This document shows, one piece after another, positions 47,834 through 56,088 of a stretch of DNA of 56,088 bases; position 1 is the stretch's first letter, and every line of letters begins with the position of its first letter. Source of the stretch: Dehalococcoidia bacterium. Lineage in GTDB: Bacteria; Chloroflexota; Dehalococcoidia; UBA2979. The notes beneath the pieces were generated by a model. It did no database searches and was not told the origin of the DNA. It saw only the letters and a program-made list of their open reading frames with translations. Both the position numbers and the translations under genes were made by a program. Location: positions 1 to 56,088 of the forward strand of contig JAQWLS010000072.1 in assembly GCA_029247135.1 (NCBI GenBank), written 5' to 3'.

Positions 47834-48910
47834 ATGAGTCATCTGTTCAATTCACTGGATCTCAATGGCGTCACAGAAATGAAAAATCGATTTATGTTGG
47901 CTCCTCTTACTAATTGTCAGAGTAATGACGATGGGACTATGTCAGAGGAAGAATTTCATTGGTTGACTATGCGTGCGAGGGGCGGATTTGGTCTCACCAT
48001 GACATGTGCGGCTCACGTGCAGGAAATGGGAAGAGGATTTCCTGGTCAGATGGGAATATTTTCGGATCGACACTTACCAGGGTTAACCAGACTTGCAAGT
48101 GAAATCAAGTCACATGACAGTGTTGCGATTGTGCAGTTGCATCACGCTGGGATGCGCTCGCCGAAAGCTCTTATAGGTGAGCGGCCGGTCTGTCCATCTG
48201 ATAACGAGCATGGTGATGCACGTGGCATGACATTGGATGAGGTATATCAACTGAGAGATGATTTTATACAATCAGCGATTCGGGCTGAAAAAGCTGGTTT
48301 TGACGGAGTCGAGCTGCACGGAGCGCATGGCTACATTCTCTGTCAATTCTTGAGTAGTGAAATTAATCAACGGACGGACCAATACGGTGGAGAATTTGCT
48401 AATAGAAGCAGACTTTTAAGAGAAATAATTCAAGGAATTCGTGATTCCTGTTCCGCTACTTTTGTCCTGGGCGTCAGGCTTTCTCCAGAAAGGTTTGGTA
48501 TGCAACTGTCAGAAATTAAAGATTTGGCACAAAACCTGATGAACGAAGGCGATATTGATTTTTTAGATATGTCTTTGTGGGATGTGTTTAAAGAACCGAA
48601 TGAAGAGGAGTTTCAAGGGAAAACTTTGCTAGCTCATTTTGCCGAACTTGAGAGAGGCAATGTCAAGCTCGGTGTTGCCGGAAAAATTACGAATCCGAAC
48701 GAAGCTGAGACAATAATATCGCAAGGAGTTGATTGGATAATGCTTGGCCGAGCAGCGATACTTCATCATAATTTTCCTAACTTGCATCTGGCTGATGCAG
48801 ATTTTATCCCAGTGCAATTGCCGGTAACTAAGAGTCATCTACACAATGAGGGATTATCAAATAAATTTGTTGAGTATATGCGTGGATGGGATGGATTCAT
48901 TAGCGATTAG
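47834..48910 (+). CDS. NADH:flavin oxidoreductase (Old Yellow Enzyme family)
   Basis: KNRFMLAPLT, RARGGFGL, QLHHAG, GFDGVELHGAHGY..QFLS, NQRTDQYGG. Confidence 0.92.
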   Translation: MSHLFNSLDLNGVTEMKNRFMLAPLTNCQSNDDGTMSEEEFHWLTMRARGGFGLTMTCAAHVQEMGRGFPGQMGIFSDRHLPGLTRLASEIKSHDSVAIVQLHHAGMRSPKALIGERPVCPSDNEHGDARGMTLDEVYQLRDDFIQSAIRAEKAGFDGVELHGAHGYILCQFLSSEINQRTDQYGGEFANRSRLLREIIQGIRDSCSATFVLGVRLSPERFGMQLSEIKDLAQNLMNEGDIDFLDMSLWDVFKEPNEEEFQGKTLLAHFAELERGNVKLGVAGKITNPNEAETIISQGVDWIMLGRAAILHHNFPNLHLADADFIPVQLPVTKSHLHNEGLSNKFVEYMRGWDGFISD

Positions 48911-48941
48911 ATAGATCCCTCGCTGGAGTTAAGGAGAAGCT

Positions 48942-49382
48942 ATGTATATTCATGTAACAGTTGATTTACCTGATACACCGGAACAGGTGTGGAACTATCT
49001 TGCGGATGTGCGGTCACATACAGATTGGATGCATGACGCCTTAAGTATCACTCTTACATCGAAAAAAACCGAAGGTGTTGGCACCACCTTTGATTGCCTG
49101 ACGGGGGTCGGTCCAATCAAAACCATAGATAAGATGGAAATTGTGGGTTGGGAAGATAATCGCCTGATGGGCGTAAGACACCAGGGACTGGTGAGCGGCG
49201 AAGGACAATTTAATCTAGAACCAATTCCGGAAGGCACTCGTTTCTCTTGGGTTGAAGACTTGAAGCTCCCTTGGTTATTTGGCGGTCCAATTGGTGAAGT
49301 GTTTGCAAAACCTATATTGCAGGCCATATGGCGGAGGAATCTGCAAGGATTAAAAAGTCAAATCGCCGCGAGAAAAACGTAG
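48942..49382 (+). CDS. SRPBCC (polyketide cyclase/START-like) family protein
   Basis: PEQVW.YLAD...H.DW, GVGT.F, G.G.F.L.P...GTR..W.E, C-terminal helix. Confidence 0.8.
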   Translation: MYIHVTVDLPDTPEQVWNYLADVRSHTDWMHDALSITLTSKKTEGVGTTFDCLTGVGPIKTIDKMEIVGWEDNRLMGVRHQGLVSGEGQFNLEPIPEGTRFSWVEDLKLPWLFGGPIGEVFAKPILQAIWRRNLQGLKSQIAARKT

Positions 49383-49427
49383 AATATTTAACTATTTGAA
49401 TATTTGTTGACGCGCTGATCGCGGTAT

Positions 49428-49447
49428 TTGATTGAAATCAATTTCAA
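49428..49447. promoter_or_regulatory. Overlapping palindromes upstream of the LLM gene (candidate operator)
   Basis: TTGATT-GA-AATCAA (49428-49441) and TTGAAAT-CA-ATTTCAA (49432-49447). Confidence 0.35.
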
Positions 49448-49465
49448 AACAGGATTGGAAATTTC

Positions 49466-50371
49466 ATGACGAAGATTGGTATATTGCTCCCTACTCGAGA
49501 GGCCGTTTTTTATGGTGATAAATCAGGTAATCCGAGGCCACTTGTTGATCTAGCGGTTAGAGCTGAAGAGATGGGATTTGATTCGGTCTGGGCTGGAGAT
49601 TCGCTACTCGCTCGGCCGCGGTCAGAGCCATTGGTATTACTCTCTGCGGTAGCTGCAAGGACTAAAAAAGTAGAGCTTGGAACGGCTGTGCTATTACCAG
49701 CTCTTCGCAATGCTGAGCAGCTTGCTCAATCGACAGCTACGCTTGATGCTCTTTCGGGCGGCCGATTCATCCTAGGGATTGGTGGTGGACCAGACACTCT
49801 CGGGGTTCGTACGGATTTTCATCTCACAGAGATGAATTTTGCAAAACGTGCTAGTCAGTCGGTGAAAGTCGCTGAAAGGATTAGATCTCTTTGGCGCGGT
49901 GATGAAGAACAGATGTATCCTCTAACTCATAATTCGGATGGCCCCCCAATTTGGATGGGTGGGGCCGGACCAAGAACCTTGGAGCGCACCGGCCGCCTGT
50001 TTGATGGCTGGTTTCCTCTTGCTACATCACCGGAGACGTTTAGAAGTGGCCTCAGATCGGTCAGGCAGGCCGCTGATGATGCGGGTCGGTCATTCGATTC
50101 AATAACAGCTAGTGCCTATCTTACTGTTGTATTTGGTGAGGCAGATAAAGCTCAGGCTCAATTGGCTGAGCATTCGGAGCTTTATTACGGTGTGCCATAT
50201 GAACAAATTAGTAGGGCTCAGGGATCAATTGCAGGCTCTGTGGAGAAAGTAGTTGATTGGCTTGATGAATTTGTATCCGCGGGTGTTGAGCACCTGTGTA
50301 TTCGCTTTGGCTGTGAAGATATTTCTGGTCAGCTCGATATTCTGGCGAGTGTGCTGCATAAATATAAGTAG
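49466..50371 (+). CDS. LLM-class flavin/F420-dependent oxidoreductase
   Basis: AEEMGFDSVWAGD, ELGTAVL, TLDALSGGRFILGIG, PPIWMGG, DGWFP. Confidence 0.9.
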   Translation: MTKIGILLPTREAVFYGDKSGNPRPLVDLAVRAEEMGFDSVWAGDSLLARPRSEPLVLLSAVAARTKKVELGTAVLLPALRNAEQLAQSTATLDALSGGRFILGIGGGPDTLGVRTDFHLTEMNFAKRASQSVKVAERIRSLWRGDEEQMYPLTHNSDGPPIWMGGAGPRTLERTGRLFDGWFPLATSPETFRSGLRSVRQAADDAGRSFDSITASAYLTVVFGEADKAQAQLAEHSELYYGVPYEQISRAQGSIAGSVEKVVDWLDEFVSAGVEHLCIRFGCEDISGQLDILASVLHKYK

Positions 50372-50401
50372 AGCGTTTGTTGTCTGATCTAAAGCCTCGT
50401 T

Positions 50402-52099
50402 TTAGTGACTGATAAAAGACGTGTCTAAGTCCGGATTTCTTGCATTTCGCTCGTCTTTTCTCGAACCACCTTCGATTTCCCGATCGTAGACAATCTCACC
50501 GTTAATCACCGTTTGTTCAATCTCTATTTGGTCTATATTGGCCGGATTGATGGCGAGAGGATCATCAGATAAAACAACAAGATCCCCCAGCTTACCAACA
50601 GAAAGGCTCCCCTTAATTTTTTCTTCGAAACCTAAGGCTGCTGCATCGAGAGTCATCGAGCGGAGAGCTGCTTCTGGATCTATCACAAATTCAGGGCCTA
50701 GCTTCTCACCGCCGCGTGTCTGCCGATTCACTGCGACATGTATATTGAATAAAGGATCAACGGGTGTGACCCACCAGTCAGAATGGCAACCGAACAAGAT
50801 GCCACGGTCGAGAGCGCCTTTCAGAGGAGAAATTCTTTCTCCTCTGTTGGGGCCTAGGAAGCGATCTCGGTGTCTGTCTCCCCAATAGTAAACATGTAAA
50901 TTAAAGAAGGATGCTGCGATATCGAGCTCTGCCATGCGATCTAGTTGATCCTCACGTACGGTCTGACAGTGCTCAATTCGAAATCGATGATCTTGGGTTG
51001 GATGCCGCTCTAACGCTCGTCCGTACGCATCTAAAATTGAATCTATAGCCCGATCACCATTCCCATGGGTGCCGACTTGCCAGCCAGCCAGAAGGGCCTG
51101 TTCAGTGACTTCATTGAGAGTCTCTTGACTCCAGATTTGAATACCGGTTTCAGTATCGTGGTCGTGGTAGCCCTCGGTAAGCGCTCCCGAGTGCCCTTGT
51201 AACGATCCATCATGGACTATCTTCAAAATGCCTGCTTTTAACTGTTCAGAACCAAAACCGGTGGCAAGTCCTGTTCGTGCCAACGTAGGTACCGCTTCCA
51301 ACTCACCATATCTTCCGGCTAATCCACCATAACTCGCTGCTAAATAGGTTCGAACAGGGAATTTACCGCTTTTCCCAGCGAGATCGTAAGCTCTAAAGGA
51401 GGTTTCATGATGTCCGCTACCAACATCATGTATTGTTGTAACGCCTGTCTGGACGAGCCGTTTACCAGCCCATTCCAGCCCCGCTACGCACTCGTTAACA
51501 TTAGGCGATCCAGCCAACCGAAGAATAAGCCGTGTAGCTGACTCGTAAAAGACTCCAGTAGGATCCCCATTTTCATTTCTATCAATTACGCCGCCGTCAG
51601 GGTCTGAACTATCAGAAGTAACCCCCGCCATTTTTAGCGCCACACTATTTCCATATGCTAAATGTCCTGATATATGGGTGACTATCACGGGCCGTGTCGT
51701 TGAGACTTCATCAAGATCAAATCGTGTGAGGTGGCGATTGTCCTGGATTAGAGAGTCATCATACGAATGACCTTGGATTACCTCAGAATTTTTGGATTCA
51801 GCAAATTCTCTCATCAGAGTTATCAAGTCGGTAATTGTTCTGCTTGGTGGGGTGCCACAGTTCACGCCAGAATTCATCCGAACACCGGTCATTAGTGGGT
51901 GCGTGTGGGATTCTACAAAACCGGGAACGATAGTTTTCCCAGCAGCATCGATGTGGACTAAATTCGGGATAGCCACAGATTCGATGATTGAATCGTCACC
52001 TATCGCAGCAATTGTGCCATTAAGAATTAATATCGCTGAGGCTCTTGGGATATTCTCATCGAGCGTAATAATATTGGCGTTTTTTATGGCTAAGTGCAC
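50402..52099 (-). CDS. Amidohydrolase 3 (YtcJ-like) metal-dependent hydrolase
   Basis: PGFVESHTH, SGH...NS.AL, K...DGS, HGNGDRA, RIEHCQ, SD, KGSL.VGKLGDLVVL. Confidence 0.9.
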   Translation of the reverse strand: MHLAIKNANIITLDENIPRASAILILNGTIAAIGDDSIIESVAIPNLVHIDAAGKTIVPGFVESHTHPLMTGVRMNSGVNCGTPPSRTITDLITLMREFAESKNSEVIQGHSYDDSLIQDNRHLTRFDLDEVSTTRPVIVTHISGHLAYGNSVALKMAGVTSDSSDPDGGVIDRNENGDPTGVFYESATRLILRLAGSPNVNECVAGLEWAGKRLVQTGVTTIHDVGSGHHETSFRAYDLAGKSGKFPVRTYLAASYGGLAGRYGELEAVPTLARTGLATGFGSEQLKAGILKIVHDGSLQGHSGALTEGYHDHDTETGIQIWSQETLNEVTEQALLAGWQVGTHGNGDRAIDSILDAYGRALERHPTQDHRFRIEHCQTVREDQLDRMAELDIAASFFNLHVYYWGDRHRDRFLGPNRGERISPLKGALDRGILFGCHSDWWVTPVDPLFNIHVAVNRQTRGGEKLGPEFVIDPEAALRSMTLDAAALGFEEKIKGSLSVGKLGDLVVLSDDPLAINPANIDQIEIEQTVINGEIVYDREIEGGSRKDERNARNPDLDTSFISH

Positions 52100-52167
52100 G
52101 TTATTCCAATCTTGTTATCAATGAGCTAATTATTGTGTCGGAGTTGGACTGGGAGACCTAATTCTGC

Positions 52168-53013
52168 TTATCGTTCAATGAATTCTATGAGTGTGTCGAA
52201 CGCGTTAAGTCGCACGTAGAGACTTTGATCGTGTTCTACGCTTGCTACCTGAGTGGATAAATTGAGAACTAGATTCTTAATTGCACTCAAATCACTAACA
52301 ATGAAGCGCAATGCTCCGAAAATTGTCGATCGATCACCTATTGAAGTGGCAAGATCGCCATATTTACCGGCATACATGTCAGTTGAGTATACGGTCAGAC
52401 GAGAGTTGATCAGGTTAATATGATACGAGCCCAATCCAGATTGTTGCACCTCACCCTGAGTAAGTTTGGCGTAGTCCTCAGCTGTTCTCTCTGCGTTCTG
52501 ACTCACTATCACCATTTCTTCAGCGTGAACAGTTTGATTGACATGGTCTTGCCATTCTGGCCGCCAGACTAATTCTGGTGTTCCGTGTTCACAGAAATAT
52601 ACGCGCCCCGCTGGGAATACTGCAGACTTCACTGTTACTGTCCTGAACCGAGCATCTTCGACGCTATTTTCTAGTGCAACTGGTCGGCTAAATGCCTTTG
52701 GTGGATCGCCATCCATATTCAGGCTTTGCAGCAGTTTGTAGGTCTCATCGACGTCTTCAGACTTAAACACAAGACCATCAATACCTAGCGGTGTCACCAT
52801 CATATCTGCGCGTTTTTTTTGGTTCTCCTCGGGGACTCCAATCAATTCAAGATAATTGGTATCAAACATCGCAAGGTGATTGACTGATCCCAGGGTGTGA
52901 TAGCCTTTGGGCGTGACTGTGAAACCTAGTTGACCAAAAATTTTTGCGGCTTCATCTATATCGACGCGAACATTTATTACTACGTGGTCGAGTTCAAATT
53001 TTGAATCAGACAT
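52168..53013 (-). CDS. VOC/glyoxalase-like (Glyoxalase_3) protein
   Basis: LDHVVINV, LGFTVTP.G.H..GS.NHL..F..NYLELIG, YFCEH.TPELVWRPEWQ.H.N. Confidence 0.82.
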   Translation of the reverse strand: MSDSKFELDHVVINVRVDIDEAAKIFGQLGFTVTPKGYHTLGSVNHLAMFDTNYLELIGVPEENQKKRADMMVTPLGIDGLVFKSEDVDETYKLLQSLNMDGDPPKAFSRPVALENSVEDARFRTVTVKSAVFPAGRVYFCEHGTPELVWRPEWQDHVNQTVHAEEMVIVSQNAERTAEDYAKLTQGEVQQSGLGSYHINLINSRLTVYSTDMYAGKYGDLATSIGDRSTIFGALRFIVSDLSAIKNLVLNLSTQVASVEHDQSLYVRLNAFDTLIEFIER

Positions 53014-53077
53014 ATGTAAGTCTCCGTTAGTCTTGGATACTAACATCTAAATTTTAATAGAATTGGAAATATTTAAA

Positions 53078-54334
53078 ATGAATGAAAAAATTCAAGTAGT
53101 GGCTCCTGAGAGCGTTGGATTATCCAGTTCACAGCTGAGTAAGCTCAGTAATTTTTTCCAGAGCGAATATATCGATGCAGGTCGATTGGCGGGCTGTATG
53201 ATAGCGGTTGCTCGCCACGGAAAAGTCGCGCATCTGTCTGTTTTAGGTAAGGCTGATATGGAACAGAATCGGTCGATGCGTGAAGATGATTTATTTCGCA
53301 TCTATTCGATGTCTAAACCAATAACTTCAGTAGCCTTAATGAATCTTTACGAAGATGGATTGTTTCAACTCAGCGATCCCGTCTCAAAATTTATTCCAGA
53401 GTGGAAAAATCTCGAGGTATATGCTGGTGGGAAATATCCTAATTGGGAAACTAAACCCTGCGACAGAGAGATGACAATTTCTGATTTACTCACTCATCAG
53501 AGTGGAATTGCCGCAGGAAGCTTTGGAGCTTCAGGAAATTATCCCGAGATCGAACAAGCCTATCGTGATATTGGTCTAGGTCCTGATTGGTTCCAGACTA
53601 AGGGTCTTACTCTAAAGGATACGATTAACGCTCTAACGAGCGTTCCACTAGCTTTTTCTCCTGGTGACTATTGGAATTACTCGATATCGACTGATATTTG
53701 TGGTTACCTAGTCGAAGTGATCTCAGATCGAAAATTTGACGTGTTTCTTAAGGATGCGATATTTGATCCATTAGGGATGACCGATACCTCGTTTGAGGTA
53801 GATCCCAGTAAGGCTTCTCGTCTCACATCAAATTATACACATGGACTGGACGGCAAACTCGAGCTTTTTGATTCAGCTACAGACAGTGGTTTTTTTGGTC
53901 CTATTAGTTATTTTTCAGGGGCCGGTGGACTGATTTCGACTATGGCTGATTATCTTCGTTTTGCGCAGATGCTTCTGAATAAGGGCGAACTCGAAGGCAC
54001 GAGAATTATATCCCCTAAAACTCTCGACCTGATGACCCAGAATCATTTAACTGCTGGTGGAACAATGCAAGATCGAGAAAAGAAGAAGAGCTTGAGTCTT
54101 CGCTCTCCTGGTCATGGTTTTGGACTTGGGTTTTCGATGGTGCTGGATGTAGCTCAAAGCGAGTCAATTGGCTCAGTAGGTGAATTTAGGTGGGGTGGGG
54201 CCGCAAGTACCGCGTTTTGGATTGATCCTTTGGAAGACTTACTGGTAGTTTTTATGACACAATTGACTCGTGCTACCACTCAAATTCGACCACAACTTAA
54301 GTCACTTATATATCCAGCAATCACAGGTGCCTAG
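53078..54334 (+). CDS. Serine hydrolase, beta-lactamase-related family
   Basis: FRIYSMSKP (SxxK), LLTHQSG, PG..WNYS, PLGMTDT, GAGGL.ST, WGGAAST.FWIDP. Confidence 0.9.
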   Translation: MNEKIQVVAPESVGLSSSQLSKLSNFFQSEYIDAGRLAGCMIAVARHGKVAHLSVLGKADMEQNRSMREDDLFRIYSMSKPITSVALMNLYEDGLFQLSDPVSKFIPEWKNLEVYAGGKYPNWETKPCDREMTISDLLTHQSGIAAGSFGASGNYPEIEQAYRDIGLGPDWFQTKGLTLKDTINALTSVPLAFSPGDYWNYSISTDICGYLVEVISDRKFDVFLKDAIFDPLGMTDTSFEVDPSKASRLTSNYTHGLDGKLELFDSATDSGFFGPISYFSGAGGLISTMADYLRFAQMLLNKGELEGTRIISPKTLDLMTQNHLTAGGTMQDREKKKSLSLRSPGHGFGLGFSMVLDVAQSESIGSVGEFRWGGAASTAFWIDPLEDLLVVFMTQLTRATTQIRPQLKSLIYPAITGA

Positions 54335-54423
54335 TTTATAGTTGCATAGGAAACACTATTGTATTCAGGCTCGAGCCGTATACACTCTTGATGTCATATT
54401 GAAATTAATTAGGGGGTGCCGAA

Positions 54424-55488
54424 ATGGCAATAAAAGTATTTAATGGCGGCCGGCAATTGGCCGATCCAAGCATATTCACTGCTGCTGGTATCGAACTTGT
54501 ACAAGTTGCTGTTGGCGCGACTACTGCAAAAGAAGATTATATTGATCTTTTGCAAGATGCTGATGGTGCACTTATTGGTACATTGCCACTTACGGATGCT
54601 GAGGTTCTCGAAGCGTGTCCCAAGCTAAAAATTGTAAGCAGACAGGGAGTCGGCGTTGATTCCATCGATCTAGAAGCAGCAACTCGACTTGGTATTCTTG
54701 CCTGTAACACACCGGGGGTCAACACTTCTGAGGTAGCTGATCATGCGATGGCGCAGTTACTAGCGCTTACCCGACTGATAAGAGAATTTGATGGAGCTGT
54801 AAAGGCTGGGCGTTGGAGTACACAGACACAGGCTGTTCGAGAGCTTGCGCCTGGGTTGAAACGAATCGCGGGCAGCACGGTTGGAATAGTCGGTTTTGGA
54901 GCCATTGGACGAGCCTTCGCGACTCGAATCCGAGGCTTTGGCCCATTTCGTGTGATCGCCTATGACCCATATGTTTCACAGACTTCGGGTGATTTGTATG
55001 GTGTAGAGCTTGTGGATCTTGATGAACTTTTGAGAGTATCTGATTTTGTGACAATACACGCGCCTTCGACGTCTGAGACTAAGCACATGTTTAGTTCTGA
55101 CGCTTTCAAATCTATGAAGGAGTCTGCGATTCTTATTAATTGTGCACGTGGCCCGTTGGTGGATCCTGCAGCGCTGCATGTTGCTCTGACAGATGGTCAA
55201 ATTTTTGCGGCCGCGTTGGACGTTACAGAAGTCGAGCCAATTGATGCTGAAGATCCACTTCTTGGTTTGGATAACTTAATTATTACTCCGCATGTGGCGG
55301 CTGGATCGGCAGTTTCATCTTCGGAGGGCGTCCGAAAGCAGGCTGAAAACGTTCTACGTGTGTTGAGCGGTGAGGCCCCGCATGGGTTGGCAAATCCTGA
55401 GGTTATTAAAGTTATCGCTTTAATGCGAGGTTCTAACCCCGGTAGATGGGAAAATATCCCTGATTTTTCGACAGCGTTAGCTCTCTGA
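54424..55488 (+). CDS. D-isomer-specific 2-hydroxyacid dehydrogenase (CtBP/SerA-like)
   Basis: GVGVDSID, NTPG, EVADHA, GIVGFGAIG, INCARG, ALDV.E.EP, TPHVA. Confidence 0.9.
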   Translation: MAIKVFNGGRQLADPSIFTAAGIELVQVAVGATTAKEDYIDLLQDADGALIGTLPLTDAEVLEACPKLKIVSRQGVGVDSIDLEAATRLGILACNTPGVNTSEVADHAMAQLLALTRLIREFDGAVKAGRWSTQTQAVRELAPGLKRIAGSTVGIVGFGAIGRAFATRIRGFGPFRVIAYDPYVSQTSGDLYGVELVDLDELLRVSDFVTIHAPSTSETKHMFSSDAFKSMKESAILINCARGPLVDPAALHVALTDGQIFAAALDVTEVEPIDAEDPLLGLDNLIITPHVAAGSAVSSSEGVRKQAENVLRVLSGEAPHGLANPEVIKVIALMRGSNPGRWENIPDFSTALAL

Positions 55489-55559
55489 ACTTCTGGATTA
55501 AGCGATATAAGATTGATTGGATACACTGGCTAACTTGATACGGGTCTAGTCTTAGATGC

Positions 55560-56088
55560 ATGGAATCAATCTCGCGAGTTAATAAATCGGTTAGAGCCCT
55601 TAGGTACTTTCAGATATATCTCTGGGGGATACTCCTATTTACGGTAGCCGTCATTATCAGTGGTGATATAGTTCAGGCGACAGAGTCCGGCGCTGGCTGT
55701 GGTGATAGCTGGCCGAAATGTGATGGGACATTGATTCCAGCCTTTGCTGACGTACATGTTGCAATCGAATTCATACATCGAATGCTAACCAGTGTCCTTA
55801 GCTTCGGGTACCTTGGCTTGTTGATTGGTGGTTACCTTTTATTTGGGAGGAGACACCCCGTCTGGCGCAGCATTCTTTTCTCTACGACTATTTTGCTAGT
55901 TGAAATCCTTTTGGGTGCATCGCTCGTTTTATTTGGTTGGGTGGAAGATAATGCGACTTGGGGACGAGTTATTGCAGATAGCTTTCATGTGGTAAATACA
56001 TTGGTACTACTGGGATCTCTAGTACTAATTATTTTTTTAAGCAGATCTGACGTTGGAATTCTTGTAACTAAACCGAATCCGAAGCGAC
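55560..56088 (+). CDS. ctaA: COX15/CtaA family heme A synthase, 3'-truncated by window edge
   Basis: Absent from the ORF track (no stop in window); translates MESISRV..SGAGCGDSWPKCDG..IEFIHR..DSFHVVNT, with the Cys pair and heme-ligand His motifs. Confidence 0.82.
   Translation, partial: MESISRVNKSVRALRYFQIYLWGILLFTVAVIISGDIVQATESGAGCGDSWPKCDGTLIPAFADVHVAIEFIHRMLTSVLSFGYLGLLIGGYLLFGRRHPVWRSILFSTTILLVEILLGASLVLFGWVEDNATWGRVIADSFHVVNTLVLLGSLVLIIFLSRSDVGILVTKPNPKR

Noticed and set aside
53078-54334. Beta-lactamase resistance gene
   Set aside because: SxxK serine hydrolase with LLTHxSG and WGG motifs of the esterase-like family; no evidence for a true class A/C beta-lactamase
44973-56088. Genomic island integrated at tRNA-Arg
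   Set aside because: No integrase or transposase, and I found no duplicated tRNA 3' end by eye; downstream genes resemble the rest of the window

Overview
Gene-dense bacterial chromosomal window with about 57 CDS and one tRNA-Arg(UCU). The left part is housekeeping: ruvB, murI, pyrF, a DUF151 nuclease, a complete F1Fo ATP synthase operon (atpI/Z-B-E-F-H-A-G-D-C) and murA. The rest is mostly paralog-rich catabolic genes: class III CoA-transferases, acyl-CoA dehydrogenases, five SDRs, two luciferase-like oxidoreductases and a thiolase-like/DUF35 pair. It also has a copper P1B-ATPase locus, a DEAD-box helicase, nhaA and a truncated ctaA at the right edge. This gene mix suggests a heterotrophic Chloroflexota (Dehalococcoidia/SAR202-like) organism, but that is inference only. 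No integrase, transposase, CRISPR array or rRNA was seen. Best candidates for something undescribed: (i) a five-gene DUF1800-DUF1501-NHL-degenerate MNT-HEPN operon behind a perfect 12-bp palindrome; (ii) a ruvB with no ATG/GTG/TTG ahead of its conserved N-terminus, apparently starting at ATT; (iii) a DEAD-box helicase with a ~335-aa disordered N-terminus containing 120-bp repeats; (iv) a stand-alone, degenerate TiaS-N-terminal-like protein; (v) an HMA domain fused to an unfamiliar Cys/His domain; (vi) several ATP synthase subunit anomalies; (vii) a 1.2-kb ORF-free region rich in palindromes. All family calls come from motif recognition by eye; no searches were run.
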